Positions 29,008 to 39,807 of a stretch of 64,000 bases of DNA are shown here, piece by piece. How positions within the stretch are numbered: position 1 is the first letter of the stretch; the number at the start of each line of letters is the position of its first letter. The stretch is from Prochlorococcus sp. AG-363-A16 (GTDB lineage: Bacteria > Cyanobacteriota > Cyanobacteriia > PCC-6307 > Cyanobiaceae), in contig QCFB01000004.1 of the NCBI GenBank assembly GCA_003280345.1, forward strand, positions 10,438-74,437. The letters run 5' to 3'. The position numbers were made by a program, and so were the translations under genes. The notes below the pieces were generated by a model. It saw only the letters and a list, made by a program, of their open reading frames with translations, was not told the origin of the DNA and did not search any database.

Positions 29008-29221
29008 TTTAGAAATATAGGAAGGCTAAATTGAAAATTATTTAATTTCAGCAATATATTGCCAATGTATTGAAAACTACTAACCAGAGTTTACTTCTAT
29101 AAATCTGTCTAAATTTCCATGCAATTAATAACTTAAATATTTAGTTATGGTGACCACTCCAAGCATAGATAAATTCTAAATGATTTACATAGTTAATAAT
29201 TTACCTACCAATAATTAAAAT

Positions 29222-29575
29222 TCATTCCAAAAACCAAGGTCTTGGTGAATTCACATCACAAGGTATATTAAGTCCTGAATCCGCAGAAGGATGAAGGCAT
29301 ACTTCTTCTCTCTTCTGAATCAAGTTATCTTCTTTAAATCTACTTGTGGAAGGTATATTTGCTTCATCTCTCGACAACTGAAGCCAACCACTTGCCCATT
29401 TAGAAGTATCATTCATTTCATGCCAAAGCACACGCAGTCTGACTTTGCTATCCAAGACAGAAACCATATTGACCCAGCGAGCACTTCCTCTCCCTCCGTA
29501 GTTAATAGCTACGAAATGTCTAAAGCCATTAAAAGAAGAAGAACTCGTCCATGCTTTGTTTGGAGGCCAGTTCAT
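29222..29575 (-). CDS. Hypothetical Trp-rich protein
   Basis: 117-aa ATG ORF. The opposite-strand ORF (29291-29584) looks less protein-like. No motif recognised. Confidence 0.45.
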   Translation of the reverse strand: MNWPPNKAWTSSSSFNGFRHFVAINYGGRGSARWVNMVSVLDSKVRLRVLWHEMNDTSKWASGWLQLSRDEANIPSTSRFKEDNLIQKREEVCLHPSADSGLNIPCDVNSPRPWFLE

Positions 29576-29705
29576 TTGATTTAGAGCAGGAATAAACTAA
29601 AAGCTAATGGAAATTTATAAAAAGTGTATTTCGAAATTCTATGCTTAGAGTTTAATTACTCGCAAAAAAAGATAATTTATATTGGCCAAAGGTAAGTATT
29701 CTCAA

Positions 29706-29993
29706 TTAGGATTTCATAGGTTTAAATGGCGGCCTAGATTTTTTCTTCTGTACTTTTCTCACCTTTGAATATTCCTCTCTTATCTTAGTTAGCAATACTT
29801 TCTTTCTTTGCATTGACTTCTCCTTCTCTTGATTATCAAAAAGCCTCCTTTCTTCACTACTCATTTCCATCCATGTAACCATCCTTGATTGAATTGGCTT
29901 CCGTCTAATATTCCTCCTAAGTACTGCCCGAATCCATATGGACAACATCATAGCTATCCCAATAGCCAAAATCGAAAGTAAAAAAAAATTCAT
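29706..29993 (-). CDS. Hypothetical protein, N-terminal TM plus very basic tail
   Basis: MNFFLLSILAIGIAMMLSIWI followed by a K/R/E-rich sequence. Confidence 0.4.
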   Translation of the reverse strand: MNFFLLSILAIGIAMMLSIWIRAVLRRNIRRKPIQSRMVTWMEMSSEERRLFDNQEKEKSMQRKKVLLTKIREEYSKVRKVQKKKSRPPFKPMKS

Positions 29994-30074
29994 TAGCTTC
30001 TTCTAATACAAAGATGCAAATTTGGACCTTAGGTTCAAGAGCTTTCGTCCCTTGCCTCCAGAAAAATTAATCTA

Positions 30075-31028
30075 ATGAGCAATCAACTCGCAAGGAAAGG
30101 AATCATTCTGGCGGGTGGTAACGGTACTCGCCTGGCTCCTTTAACAAAAGCAGTCAGTAAACAACTGATGCCAGTTTTCGATAAGCCAATGATTTTTTAC
30201 CCACTTTGCACATTAATGCTTTCAGGAATAAAAGAAATATTGATTATCACCACTCCTCAAGACCAGCAAGCATTTCAACGACTTCTAGGAGATGGTAATG
30301 AATGGGGGATATCCATTTGCTATGAATTGCAATCACATCCAGCCGGTCTAGCTGAGGCATTCCTAATAGGCTCAGACTTTTTAGCAGGAGCTCCGGCAGC
30401 ACTTATTCTTGGTGACAACCTATTCCACGGACAGGGGCTTGTTCCCCTTCTACAAGAAGCAAATCTCAACCAAAATCACAGCACAATTTTTGCTTATCCA
30501 GTACAAGACCCTGAAAGATATGGAGTTGTCGAATTTGACAAACAAGGCAATGCTCTAAGCATAGAAGAAAAGCCAATCCAACCAAGAAGTCGCTATGCAA
30601 TAACAGGTCTATATTTCTACGACAACTCAGTGGTAGAGCTTGCTCGAAAAGTACGTCCATCAGCTCGAGGTGAACTAGAAATCACGACCCTCAATCAGAT
30701 GTACCTAACAGAAGGCAGGCTAAAAGTAGAGTTAATGGGTAGAGGAATGGCATGGCTTGACACTGGTACTTTTAATTCATTGCTCGAAGCAGGAACATAT
30801 ATCCGCACACTGGAGGAAAGGCAAGGTTTAAAAGTAGGTTGTCCAGAAGAAGTTGCTTGGCGTCGTGGATGGATTGATAACAAGAAACTAGAGGAATTGG
30901 CCAAACCCTTAATTAAGAGTGGCTATGGGATGTATTTAAGACAGTTACTTGAAGAGCCAGATAATGAGCATGCAGTAATGCAACGCAATATCAAACCAAT
31001 CATGGAGACTCCACACCATGAAAGCTAA
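30075..31028 (+). CDS. rfbA: Glucose-1-phosphate thymidylyltransferase
   Basis: KGIILAGGNGTRLAPLTKAVSKQLMPVFDKPMIFYPL and full-length RmlA-like sequence. Confidence 0.93.
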   Translation: MSNQLARKGIILAGGNGTRLAPLTKAVSKQLMPVFDKPMIFYPLCTLMLSGIKEILIITTPQDQQAFQRLLGDGNEWGISICYELQSHPAGLAEAFLIGSDFLAGAPAALILGDNLFHGQGLVPLLQEANLNQNHSTIFAYPVQDPERYGVVEFDKQGNALSIEEKPIQPRSRYAITGLYFYDNSVVELARKVRPSARGELEITTLNQMYLTEGRLKVELMGRGMAWLDTGTFNSLLEAGTYIRTLEERQGLKVGCPEEVAWRRGWIDNKKLEELAKPLIKSGYGMYLRQLLEEPDNEHAVMQRNIKPIMETPHHES

Positions 31029-31596
31029 GAAACTCACCACTCACGCAGGTAAAACAATAGAGGGCCCCCTCCTCTTAACCCCCGAGATATTTTCTGATTC
31101 CCGTGGTTTTTTCATGGAAAGTTGGAATCACAACCGATTTAGCCAACTTGTAGGTGAGTCAATTGTTTTTTATCAAGACAACCACTCTTCCTCTCGCCAA
31201 CATGTTTTAAGAGGACTTCATTACCAACTACCACCGGACCAACAAGGGAAATTGGTCCGTTGTGTAATTGGCGAAATATTTGATGTTGCGGTTGATTTAC
31301 GCAAAGGGTCTCCAACATTTGGGCAATGGGTAGGAGAAAAAATAAACGCCAACAATAACCAACAACTATGGGTACCTCCTGGTTTTGCACATGGGTTTCT
31401 GACCCTAAGCAACACCGCAGAGGTTTTATATAAAGCTACTAGTTTTTGGAATGCAAATTCTGAGCAGACAATTAGATGGAACGATCCAAGTCTGGCAATC
31501 GACTGGCCAAAATTAAAAAGTGCGCCAAAACTCTCTAAAAAAGATTCAGAGGCTCCACTCCTCGAAGAGATGTCTACCTCTTTACTTTTCCCATGA
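31018..31596 (+). CDS. rfbC: dTDP-4-dehydrorhamnose 3,5-epimerase
   Basis: FSDSRGFFMESWN, LRGLHYQ, GKLVRCVIGEIFDVAVDLR, VPPGFAHGF. Overlaps rfbA by 11 nt. Confidence 0.9.
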   Translation: MKAKKLTTHAGKTIEGPLLLTPEIFSDSRGFFMESWNHNRFSQLVGESIVFYQDNHSSSRQHVLRGLHYQLPPDQQGKLVRCVIGEIFDVAVDLRKGSPTFGQWVGEKINANNNQQLWVPPGFAHGFLTLSNTAEVLYKATSFWNANSEQTIRWNDPSLAIDWPKLKSAPKLSKKDSEAPLLEEMSTSLLFP

Positions 31597-32507
31597 AGGT
31601 TTTAATAACGGGTGCAGATGGCCAACTTGGCCAAGCATTAATAAGTTCTATCCCAAAGGATCTTAGAAACAATAATGTTGAGGTGATAGCAACTACAAGG
31701 AAAGAACTAGATCTCTCACAACCAAGAGATTGTAAAGCTAAGATTCATAAACTAAAACCAGACTGGCTACTTAATTCTGGCGCATATACAAAAGTCGACG
31801 AAGCTGAAAGCGAGTCAAAGCTTGCAATGACAGTTAATGGCGAGACTCCTAGAGCTTTTGCAGAAGCACTAAGGACTACAGGCGGACAAATGCTGCAACT
31901 AAGTACTGATTTCGTTTTTAATGGAGAGCAAGGCAATCCATATCAGCCCCAACATAGTCGTCAGCCATTAAATGTCTATGGCCATAGTAAAGCTGCTGGT
32001 GAAAAAGCTGTTGAAGAAGTTCTCGGCCCAACTAATCAAGGTACAATCCTTCGAACAAGTTGGCTAATGGGGCCTGTAGGACACAACTTTGCACTGAATT
32101 TATTAGATCTTCATAAGGCTAAGGATGAGCTGAGAATAGTGGCAGACCAAGTAGCAAGCCCTACTAGTTCAATTACTCTGTCAACTGCTTGCTGGCAATT
32201 AATCAAACTCCATCAAAAGGGTATATCAACGCCCTCCTTACTTCATTGGTGCGATTCTGGCGTTGCAAGTTGGTACGACGTGGCAGTAGCGATAGGAGAG
32301 ATAGGAAAAAAAATTGGTCTAATTGAAAATCCAGCTAGAGTGATACCAATTACCACAAATGAATTTCCAAGGCCTGCAAAACGTCCTAAATATTCCATTC
32401 TTGAATGCAGTAGTAGTCGTTTAGCTCTTCAGTTAGAACCTGTTTATTGGAGAACGGCCCTAGAGCATGTTTTAAAAATGCACTTCATCCAGCATACACA
32501 TCTCTAA
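31593..32507 (+). CDS. rfbD: dTDP-4-dehydrorhamnose reductase
   Basis: MKVLITGADGQLG, STDFVFNG, YGHSKAAGE, RPKYSIL. ATGA overlap with rfbC. Confidence 0.9.
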   Translation: MKVLITGADGQLGQALISSIPKDLRNNNVEVIATTRKELDLSQPRDCKAKIHKLKPDWLLNSGAYTKVDEAESESKLAMTVNGETPRAFAEALRTTGGQMLQLSTDFVFNGEQGNPYQPQHSRQPLNVYGHSKAAGEKAVEEVLGPTNQGTILRTSWLMGPVGHNFALNLLDLHKAKDELRIVADQVASPTSSITLSTACWQLIKLHQKGISTPSLLHWCDSGVASWYDVAVAIGEIGKKIGLIENPARVIPITTNEFPRPAKRPKYSILECSSSRLALQLEPVYWRTALEHVLKMHFIQHTHL

Positions 32508-33601
32508 TGACATTATTGTTTCCCGAGTCGATTCAAAATGTTCTTGTTACCGGTGGAGCAGGATTCATTGGTGGGGCAGTAATACGTCGTCTGTTGACAA
32601 ACACAACAGCGACTATCTTTAACCTCGACAAAATGGGTTACTCAAGTGACTTAACAAGTATCGAGAAGACTGTTGAAAGCAACCCAAATTTGATCAGTCA
32701 TCATCGACTACTTAATGTTGACCTATGCAACGAAGATGCCACTGCCCAAGCAATTAAACAGTCTAATCCAGACTTAGTCCTACACTTAGCAGCCGAGACT
32801 CATGTAGACCGTTCTATCGATGGGCCACATGAATTCCTCAAAAGCAACATAACAGGTACTTATAACCTTCTTCAGGCTGTAAGGAGTCATTGGGATCAGC
32901 TCCCAGAAGAGAGACAAAAACAATTTAGATTTCACCATGTTAGTACTGATGAGGTTTTTGGATCTCTTGGATTAAATGGTCAATTTTCTGAAGCCACACC
33001 TTATGCACCCCGCAGCCCATATTCTGCAAGCAAAGCTGCCAGCGACCATCTAGTCAAGGCATGGCACCATACCTACGGTCTTCCAATCGTTTTAACTAAT
33101 TGCAGCAACAACTATGGTCCATGGCAATTCCCCGAGAAACTTATCCCTCTTGTAATCTTAAAGGCACTGACCAAAGAACCAATCCCTCTTTATGGAGATG
33201 GCAGCAACATCCGTGATTGGTTATTTGTTGAAGATCATGTTGAGGGTCTATTACTCGCAGCTACTAATGGGGAAGTTGGGCAGAGTTACTGCATAGGAGG
33301 TTCAGGCGAACGTACAAATAGACAAGTTGTAAATACTATTTGTGACTTATTGGATAAACTGCACCCAAGTACCAATTCATACTCCAGGCTAATCAAACAA
33401 GTAGCTGATCGCCCTGGTCATGATCGACGCTACGCAATTAACCCTAAGCGTATAAACACTGAACTGGGTTGGTATCCTTGTCACAAATTTGAAGTTGGCT
33501 TAGAAAAAACAGTGCGTTGGTATCTAAAAAATTTAAATTGGTGCGAAAAACTAAGCGTTAAATCATGTTATAAAGGGGAGCGCATAGGCCTTATTAAGTA
33601 A
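32507..33601 (+). CDS. rfbB: dTDP-glucose 4,6-dehydratase
   Basis: VLVTGGAGFIGG, HLAAETHVDRSI, YSASKAASDHLV, NCSNNYGPWQFPEKLIP. ATG at 32507 overlaps the rfbD stop (TAATG) and is preferred over the longer track ORF from 32447. Confidence 0.93.
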   Translation: MTLLFPESIQNVLVTGGAGFIGGAVIRRLLTNTTATIFNLDKMGYSSDLTSIEKTVESNPNLISHHRLLNVDLCNEDATAQAIKQSNPDLVLHLAAETHVDRSIDGPHEFLKSNITGTYNLLQAVRSHWDQLPEERQKQFRFHHVSTDEVFGSLGLNGQFSEATPYAPRSPYSASKAASDHLVKAWHHTYGLPIVLTNCSNNYGPWQFPEKLIPLVILKALTKEPIPLYGDGSNIRDWLFVEDHVEGLLLAATNGEVGQSYCIGGSGERTNRQVVNTICDLLDKLHPSTNSYSRLIKQVADRPGHDRRYAINPKRINTELGWYPCHKFEVGLEKTVRWYLKNLNWCEKLSVKSCYKGERIGLIK

Positions 33602-33690
33602 CTCGATCGCCAATTCGGGCTAGAACTTATTGTATAACTACTAAGTAGGAGGCATTTCAATAAGAAACCATATATTAAAATAAAGAAAAA

Positions 33691-35130
33691 TCAATCTTCC
33701 CCTTCTCCAACTCTCCATAGATTCAATCCAGATTCAGCAACTTTGACCGAGTCAACTACTGATCGAGTATCAAAAACCCAGGCTGGAGCTCTCATCTTAG
33801 CAGCCAGTTCTTTCCAGTCCAGTAGACGGTATTCATTCCATTCTGTAAGTATTAAGACGGCATCTGCACCCTGAACAGCTCCTTGAACTGTACTAGCAAA
33901 GCACCAGGTCCCCTCTCCTTTTAAGACTGCTTCAGGACTAGGAGTAATGTCAGCCCTTTCATTCTGATTTAAATCCCTAGCCATTTGATCTCGTTCAACT
34001 TTGGGGTCATGTATAGCTAACTGGGCTCCTTCCTCAATTAAGTCGAGAGAGATTCGAATTGCAGGTGCCTCCCGAGTGTCATTGGTATCAGCTTTAAAGG
34101 AAAAGCCAAGAATTGCTATTCGTTTGCCACTAACGGTTCCAAAAAGTCTTTGAACCACCAAACTTGCAATGCGATGTTGCTGCCAAGTATTGAGATTGAC
34201 TACTTCCTCCCAATAACCAGCAACTTCTGGAAGCCCAAAATGACGACAGAGATATACCAAATTAAGGATATCTTTTTGAAAACAACTACCACCAAAACCT
34301 GGTCCTGCATTAAGAAATTTCGAACCAATACGTGTATCTGTTCCAATAGCAAGTGCAACCTCACGAACATCAGCCCCTGTTGCTTCACAAAGAGCAGCTA
34401 CAGAGTTTATAGAGCTAATTCGTTGTGCCAAAAAAGCATTTGCAGTGAGCTTAGAAAGTTCACTGCTCCAAAGGTTCGTACGCAAGATTCTTCCGGAAGG
34501 AACCCAATGTGCGTAGATTTGGGCTAACGCATCAACCGCTTCTGACTCTTCACCACCAATCAAAACACGATCTGGATCCTCTAAATCCCGAATAGCTGTA
34601 CCTTCAGCTAAAAACTCAGGGTTAGAGAGGACAGAAAAAGTGGGAGAAGGTTCATCACACAAAGGTTTCTGCTGAGAAGCTTCAAGTATGGCCTTAATTG
34701 CCGCTGCAGTTCGAACTGGGAGAGTACTCTTTTCTACAACGACAGTATGTCCTTTAGCGAAGTTTGCCACCTGCCGTGCACATGCTTCTACCCATCGCAA
34801 ATCACTAGCTTGACCAGCGCCAAGACCCTTAGTTTTAGTTGGTGTATTTACTGAAATAAAAACCATGTCAGCTGATGCAATGGAGTTCCCAACATCAGTA
34901 GAAAAGTAAAGGTTTCGTCCACGAGCTCTAGCGACAACATCGTCAAGTCCAGGCTCATAAACTGGGAGATGGCTTAAATCTGGATCATTCCAAGCTGCAA
35001 TACGAGCCTCGTTCGAATCAACAACCGTAACAACGATTTCCGGGCAGCGATCAGCGATAACAGCCATCGTTGGTCCACCAACGTAGCCAGCACCTATGCA
35101 GCAAATAGAGTCAATAGAAGTAATTTTCAT
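33691..35130 (-). CDS. ugd: UDP-glucose 6-dehydrogenase (long, eukaryote-like type)
   Basis: CCIGAGYVGGPT, GFGGSCFQKD, and full-length UDPGDH architecture (479 aa). Confidence 0.92.
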   Translation of the reverse strand: MKITSIDSICCIGAGYVGGPTMAVIADRCPEIVVTVVDSNEARIAAWNDPDLSHLPVYEPGLDDVVARARGRNLYFSTDVGNSIASADMVFISVNTPTKTKGLGAGQASDLRWVEACARQVANFAKGHTVVVEKSTLPVRTAAAIKAILEASQQKPLCDEPSPTFSVLSNPEFLAEGTAIRDLEDPDRVLIGGEESEAVDALAQIYAHWVPSGRILRTNLWSSELSKLTANAFLAQRISSINSVAALCEATGADVREVALAIGTDTRIGSKFLNAGPGFGGSCFQKDILNLVYLCRHFGLPEVAGYWEEVVNLNTWQQHRIASLVVQRLFGTVSGKRIAILGFSFKADTNDTREAPAIRISLDLIEEGAQLAIHDPKVERDQMARDLNQNERADITPSPEAVLKGEGTWCFASTVQGAVQGADAVLILTEWNEYRLLDWKELAAKMRAPAWVFDTRSVVDSVKVAESGLNLWRVGEGED

Positions 35131-35151
35131 CGCCTAGAATTCCATTAGAGA

Positions 35152-36423
35152 TTAAGTGTTTATCAGAGCCAATAAGCCATCTAGATCAGACGAAGAAGTT
35201 GTGAATTCCTGCTTAGTATTCTCAGTCTTGCAAGATTTCAATCGTTTAAGGCGAACTTCTCCACGAGCCACCTCATCTTCACCAAGAACAATGGCCCATG
35301 AAGCACCACATCGATCAGCTCGTTTAAATTGCTTTGAGAAAGCAGCCCCTGAGTTATCTATCTCGACTCCAACCTTTGCAGCTCTTAACTTTCGTGCAAG
35401 AACAAGTGCATGAATTTCAACATTCTTCCCACGGTTAACTAAGTAAACTGATGGTGCCGAGGTTATAGGCATTAAATCACTCAAGAGCAATAACAAGCGC
35501 TCCATACCTATAGCCCACCCTATTGCAGGAGTTTTAGGACCACCTAACTCCTCAACAAGACCGTCATATCTTCCACCTCCACAAACTGTCGCTTGCGCTC
35601 CTAGCTGATCGCTAATAATTTCAAAAGCTGTGTGATCGTAATAATCAAGACCCCTAACAAGATGAGGGTTAACCCTAAAAGGTATTCCTAATTTCAACAA
35701 TGCCTGCTGAACAGCCAAGAATCTCTCACCACTTTCATCACTAAGGACATTATTAAGAGTTGGTGCATCCTTCAAAAGTTGTTTAGTAGAAGGATTCTTA
35801 CTATCAAGAATCCGAAGTGGATTCGACTGGATGCGCCGCTTTGAATCAGGATCAAGATCTTCAAAACGAACCTCAAGCCATTGCACTAGCTGATTCCGGT
35901 AAGATTTTCGATCTTCAATAGTGCCAAGACTATTTATCTGAAGTTCAAGTCCTTTAAGTCCAAGTGATTGCAGGAAATCCCATCCTATAGAAATAAGCTC
36001 AGCATCAATTGTGGGAGAAGCTAAACCAAGAAACTCAACACCTATTTGATGGAACTGGCGTTGACGACCAGCCTGAGGGCGCTCATATCGAAACATAGGT
36101 CCCGAATACCACAATCTGTTGTGCCCATGGTTTAAAAGTCCATGCTGTAAAGCAGCCCTAACAACTGAGGCGGTTCCTTCAGGTCGCAAAGTACATGAAC
36201 GTTCTCCTCGATCTAAAAATGTATACATTTCCTTTCCTACTACATCAGTAGCCTCGCCAATGCTTCTAGAAAAAAGTTCTGTAACCTCTAAAAGCGGAGT
36301 ACGAATCTCCTCCAACCCTGCAAAAGAAAATTGCTCGCGGGCTATCGATTCGACCTTCTGCCAACGTTGAATCTGCTCAGGTAGCAGATCCACCATTCCC
36401 CTTAGGCTCTGAAGCTGGCTCAC
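35152..36423 (-). CDS. hisS: Histidine--tRNA ligase
   Basis: [10 protein letters not shown], class II motifs ([22 protein letters not shown]) and a C-terminal anticodon-binding domain. Confidence 0.93.
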   Translation of the reverse strand: MSQLQSLRGMVDLLPEQIQRWQKVESIAREQFSFAGLEEIRTPLLEVTELFSRSIGEATDVVGKEMYTFLDRGERSCTLRPEGTASVVRAALQHGLLNHGHNRLWYSGPMFRYERPQAGRQRQFHQIGVEFLGLASPTIDAELISIGWDFLQSLGLKGLELQINSLGTIEDRKSYRNQLVQWLEVRFEDLDPDSKRRIQSNPLRILDSKNPSTKQLLKDAPTLNNVLSDESGERFLAVQQALLKLGIPFRVNPHLVRGLDYYDHTAFEIISDQLGAQATVCGGGRYDGLVEELGGPKTPAIGWAIGMERLLLLLSDLMPITSAPSVYLVNRGKNVEIHALVLARKLRAAKVGVEIDNSGAAFSKQFKRADRCGASWAIVLGEDEVARGEVRLKRLKSCKTENTKQEFTTSSSDLDGLLALINT

Positions 36424-36767
36424 GAAATGAATGCGTCAGTGATGATGTTGCCTTGAGGTTTCATATCATCCAAGAGATCAACTAGGGAAAATTTTCGGAC
36501 ATTGTGGTCTTTATAAGACAACCAAACTGAAAATGGCTCGAAATTGGCTAATAGCTCAATTGCTATCAAGGCTTCCTATTAAAAGTGTTTCTTGTGCTTG
36601 AGGTAAAAAAAAGAGTGGATGATGAATTCAACATTCATTTCTAACGCTTAGTTTGATCCGACCAACCTAAAACAATATTTGATCTTGCATTCATGGAAGA
36701 AATAGTCTTCCTCAATCCAAAAGAAATCATAAAAAGCATTGATAATACTGAGGATTAAAAATAATCA

Positions 36768-36781
36768 ATAGGGATCCCTAT
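36768..36781. promoter_or_regulatory. Perfect 14-bp palindrome upstream of the export operon (candidate operator)
   Basis: atagggatccctat is its own reverse complement. It is flanked by direct atcaata copies and sits 90 nt upstream of the ATG at 36871. Confidence 0.2.
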
Positions 36782-36870
36782 CAATAACTAAGAGGCTTCA
36801 TTCATAAAGACAATTGCTTCACCGACCACTAGTTTCTGACTGGCTTCTATTGAACGGCATAATTTCGGCG

Positions 36871-38061
36871 ATGAAGAACAGCATTTTCTCTGGTAAAAGA
36901 TTAATTATCCGTGCTGCCTTGCCTTTTTTGATTAGCAGCACTGTTCCAATGGCGCTTGCTACAACAGATTTTGCTGTAGAAAACCCTTCAGTTACTAATC
37001 GATTAGAGCAACGTAGTAAAGAAAGTTACGAAGAGTACATAGTTGGGCCAGGAGATATGCTCGAAGTAAAGCTTGAAAATCTTCCCGAACTAAGTGGACG
37101 GTTCCCAGTTGGCCCCGATGGGAACTTATATCTCCCTCGCCTAAGGGAAGTACCTGCCGAGGGGCTAACGGTGAAGGAACTAAACGAACTACTTACTGAA
37201 AAATTTAGTTATTTTGTCAAATATCCTGAGGTCTATGTACGTACTGTGGGATATAGACCAATACGTATATATGTAGGAGGAGAAGTCCAACGTCCTGGCT
37301 ACTACACCTTTAAAGGCTTTACAGACAACGTTCGCATTCCTTTAAGCGAAAGGACCCTTCCATCGAGAGATTTCCCCTCGGTGACTCTACGTCAAGACAT
37401 AACATCTCCTCCCTCAGAAGTTCAATTTGGAGCATCCAGTTTCACCATTTTCCCAACTGTCTTCGATGCCATACGTCTCTCACAAGGCATCACTCCATAT
37501 TCAGACCTCACGAAAGTAGAGCTAACTAGAAAAGAACCTTCCAGTGCAGGTGGTGGTCGCATACGTACCAACCTGAATTTTCTTTCACTGATTACAGAAG
37601 GAGATGAATCTCAGAACATTCGCATCTTCGATGGTGATGTCTTAACTATCTCTAAAAGCAATAATGTGCTTCGAGAACAAATCCTCAAAGCCAGAAAGAG
37701 CAACCTCAACCCACTTTTCTTACAAGTTTTTGTTAGTGGTCGAGTCCTTTTACCAGGAGCTGTAAATGTTCCTCAAGGTTCTGGTCTCAACCAAGCCATC
37801 GCCTTAGCTGGAGGCACAAAGTTTTTAAAAGGCAAAGTTGAATTTGTGAGATTCGACTCCAATGGCGACGTAGAAAGGAGACTTTTTTCTTACAACAGAA
37901 AAGCGCCCATCGACTCTTATAAAAACCCTCTATTAATGCCTGGAGATCTAATAAGAGTGAGGAATTCATTACTCAGTGCCGCCTCTGAAGTACTTAATGA
38001 GGTAACGGCTCCTGCTGTTGGTGTTTATTCTCTCTACAACCTCTTTGGAGGTTCTAAATGA
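36871..38061 (+). CDS. Polysaccharide export protein, Wza/OPX family
   Basis: Poly_export/SLBB-type motifs YIVGPGDMLEV, GPDGNLYLPRL and later PGDLIRV. Signal-like N-terminus when started at ATG 36871 (track ORF starts at TTG 36814). Confidence 0.8.
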   Translation: MKNSIFSGKRLIIRAALPFLISSTVPMALATTDFAVENPSVTNRLEQRSKESYEEYIVGPGDMLEVKLENLPELSGRFPVGPDGNLYLPRLREVPAEGLTVKELNELLTEKFSYFVKYPEVYVRTVGYRPIRIYVGGEVQRPGYYTFKGFTDNVRIPLSERTLPSRDFPSVTLRQDITSPPSEVQFGASSFTIFPTVFDAIRLSQGITPYSDLTKVELTRKEPSSAGGGRIRTNLNFLSLITEGDESQNIRIFDGDVLTISKSNNVLREQILKARKSNLNPLFLQVFVSGRVLLPGAVNVPQGSGLNQAIALAGGTKFLKGKVEFVRFDSNGDVERRLFSYNRKAPIDSYKNPLLMPGDLIRVRNSLLSAASEVLNEVTAPAVGVYSLYNLFGGSK

Positions 38062-39803
38062 CCAAAATTCCTAAAGATGCAAAACCATTCACATCCATTC
38101 CTGAAAGTGAAGAAGAAATTGATTTAGGTCAAGTTTTCAAGTGCTTTCGAAGAAAGTATCGATTGATTTCTTGTATCACACTTGCAAGTTCATTATTTAG
38201 TGTAGTTAATGCAATAACTCAACCGTCAGTCTGGGAAGGGCGCTTCCAAATAGTTCTCGAAAACAAACAAATTTCTGGCTCTAGTGGACTGTCTGGTTTG
38301 GCTTCAGGATCAGGAGCTGGCAATCCTCTTTTATCATCACTTGCTTCTGGTGCTGGCCCCCTAACAAGCACTATCCAAAGTTCTCTTAAAACTGAAGTAA
38401 AGGTTTTACAAAGTCCTTCTGTATTAAAACCTGTATTTGAATACATTAAAACTGAAAAAGCAAAAGATGGGGCTAATGTTTCTACTTGGAATTACTCGAG
38501 TTGGGCAAAAAGATCGCTCAATGTGGTACTTGAAGACCAAACATCAGTACTAAATATCTCTTACATAGATACAAACAAAGACCTCATCATCCCTGTCTTA
38601 AATCTCATTTCAGAAGCTTACCAAGAATATTCAGGACGTGATCGTCTGAGAAATCTAAATCAGAACTTTAGCTATTTAGAATCCCAACTAAGTACATTGC
38701 GTGATCAGTCAACCGAATCAATGAAAGCTGCTACTGCTCATTCTTTAAAACATAGCCTATCTCTTAAGGATGGATTGCCTTCTCTTACGTATTCTGAAGC
38801 AGGTCAACAACTAGGAGGTGAAGTAACTCTAGAAGTTAGAAGACAACAAATTAAAAACAAAATAAATATGCTCAGTGAACAATTGGCAGTAATGAAATCT
38901 CCTGTTGAAGGGAGAAATTATATGTCTGCTATTTTTGAAGACAATGACGAGCTATTTGTAAAGCTTCAAGAACTTGAATCTCGTCTAGCGCAAAAGTCTG
39001 CATTACTACTTCCTAGTGATACAAGTATTAGAGCCCTTCAACGTGAAATTAGTAATCTAAAACAATACATCAACAGACAATCAATAGGTCTTATTGAAGG
39101 TCAAATCAAGAACGCCGAGGCCGAATTAGCTTCTGTATCTCGCCCTGATGATGTAATGCTGATGCATCGTGAACTTGTGCGTAGAGCATACAGAGATGAG
39201 TTAACACTGACTCAAATTGAGAGCCAACTCCAATCCTTAAGGCTCGCCAAAGCTAGAAAGACTACTCCATGGGAATTAATTTCAAAACCAGCTCTTCTAG
39301 GAAGCCCTATCGCACCCAAAAAAAGACAAATTGTTGGGATCGGTTTTCTTGTTGGACTAGTAACAGGCAGTGCAGTCGCATTAGTAGCTGAACGTTTAAG
39401 TGGCTTAGTATTTTCTTTAGAAGAGTTAAAGGGTCAACTACCTGGTCCACTTTTAAAGCATTTGTCTTCCACCGAGCAAAAGAGCTGGACAAGTGAAATC
39501 ACTTTATTAGCAAAAGGTCCGTTGGATGTCGACGATTCTGGAGCGATAGGAATTATCCCAGTAGGAAATGTCCAAAAACTTCAGGTAGAAAAGTTTGCAG
39601 ATTTATTACGCCAGTGCCAAAAGAAACGGGAGGTAATTATCACAACTGACCTCGTTCAATCTATAAACTGCGCCACACAGCTACTAATTACTTCACCAGG
39701 AGTTGCTACAAGAGCTCAGTTAACTCAATTAAACGAACGACTTACTCTTCAAGGCACTCATATCGCTGGATGGGTTTTTCTTGACCCTGATCTAAAGCTT
39801 TGA
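38058..39803 (+). CDS. Polysaccharide co-polymerase / chain-length determinant (Wzz/PCP family) without a recognisable kinase domain
   Basis: TM after IDLGQVFKCFRRKYRL, a long coiled-coil segment, and a second TM IVGIGFLVGLVTGSAVALV. No Walker A in the C-terminal ~130 aa. ATGA overlap with the upstream gene. Confidence 0.75.
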   Translation: MTKIPKDAKPFTSIPESEEEIDLGQVFKCFRRKYRLISCITLASSLFSVVNAITQPSVWEGRFQIVLENKQISGSSGLSGLASGSGAGNPLLSSLASGAGPLTSTIQSSLKTEVKVLQSPSVLKPVFEYIKTEKAKDGANVSTWNYSSWAKRSLNVVLEDQTSVLNISYIDTNKDLIIPVLNLISEAYQEYSGRDRLRNLNQNFSYLESQLSTLRDQSTESMKAATAHSLKHSLSLKDGLPSLTYSEAGQQLGGEVTLEVRRQQIKNKINMLSEQLAVMKSPVEGRNYMSAIFEDNDELFVKLQELESRLAQKSALLLPSDTSIRALQREISNLKQYINRQSIGLIEGQIKNAEAELASVSRPDDVMLMHRELVRRAYRDELTLTQIESQLQSLRLAKARKTTPWELISKPALLGSPIAPKKRQIVGIGFLVGLVTGSAVALVAERLSGLVFSLEELKGQLPGPLLKHLSSTEQKSWTSEITLLAKGPLDVDDSGAIGIIPVGNVQKLQVEKFADLLRQCQKKREVIITTDLVQSINCATQLLITSPGVATRAQLTQLNERLTLQGTHIAGWVFLDPDLKL

Positions 39804-39807
39804 AGCT

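Noticed and set aside
34150-34527. 125-codon + strand ORF inside ugd
   Set aside because: Antisense to a full-length, motif-rich UDP-glucose dehydrogenase.
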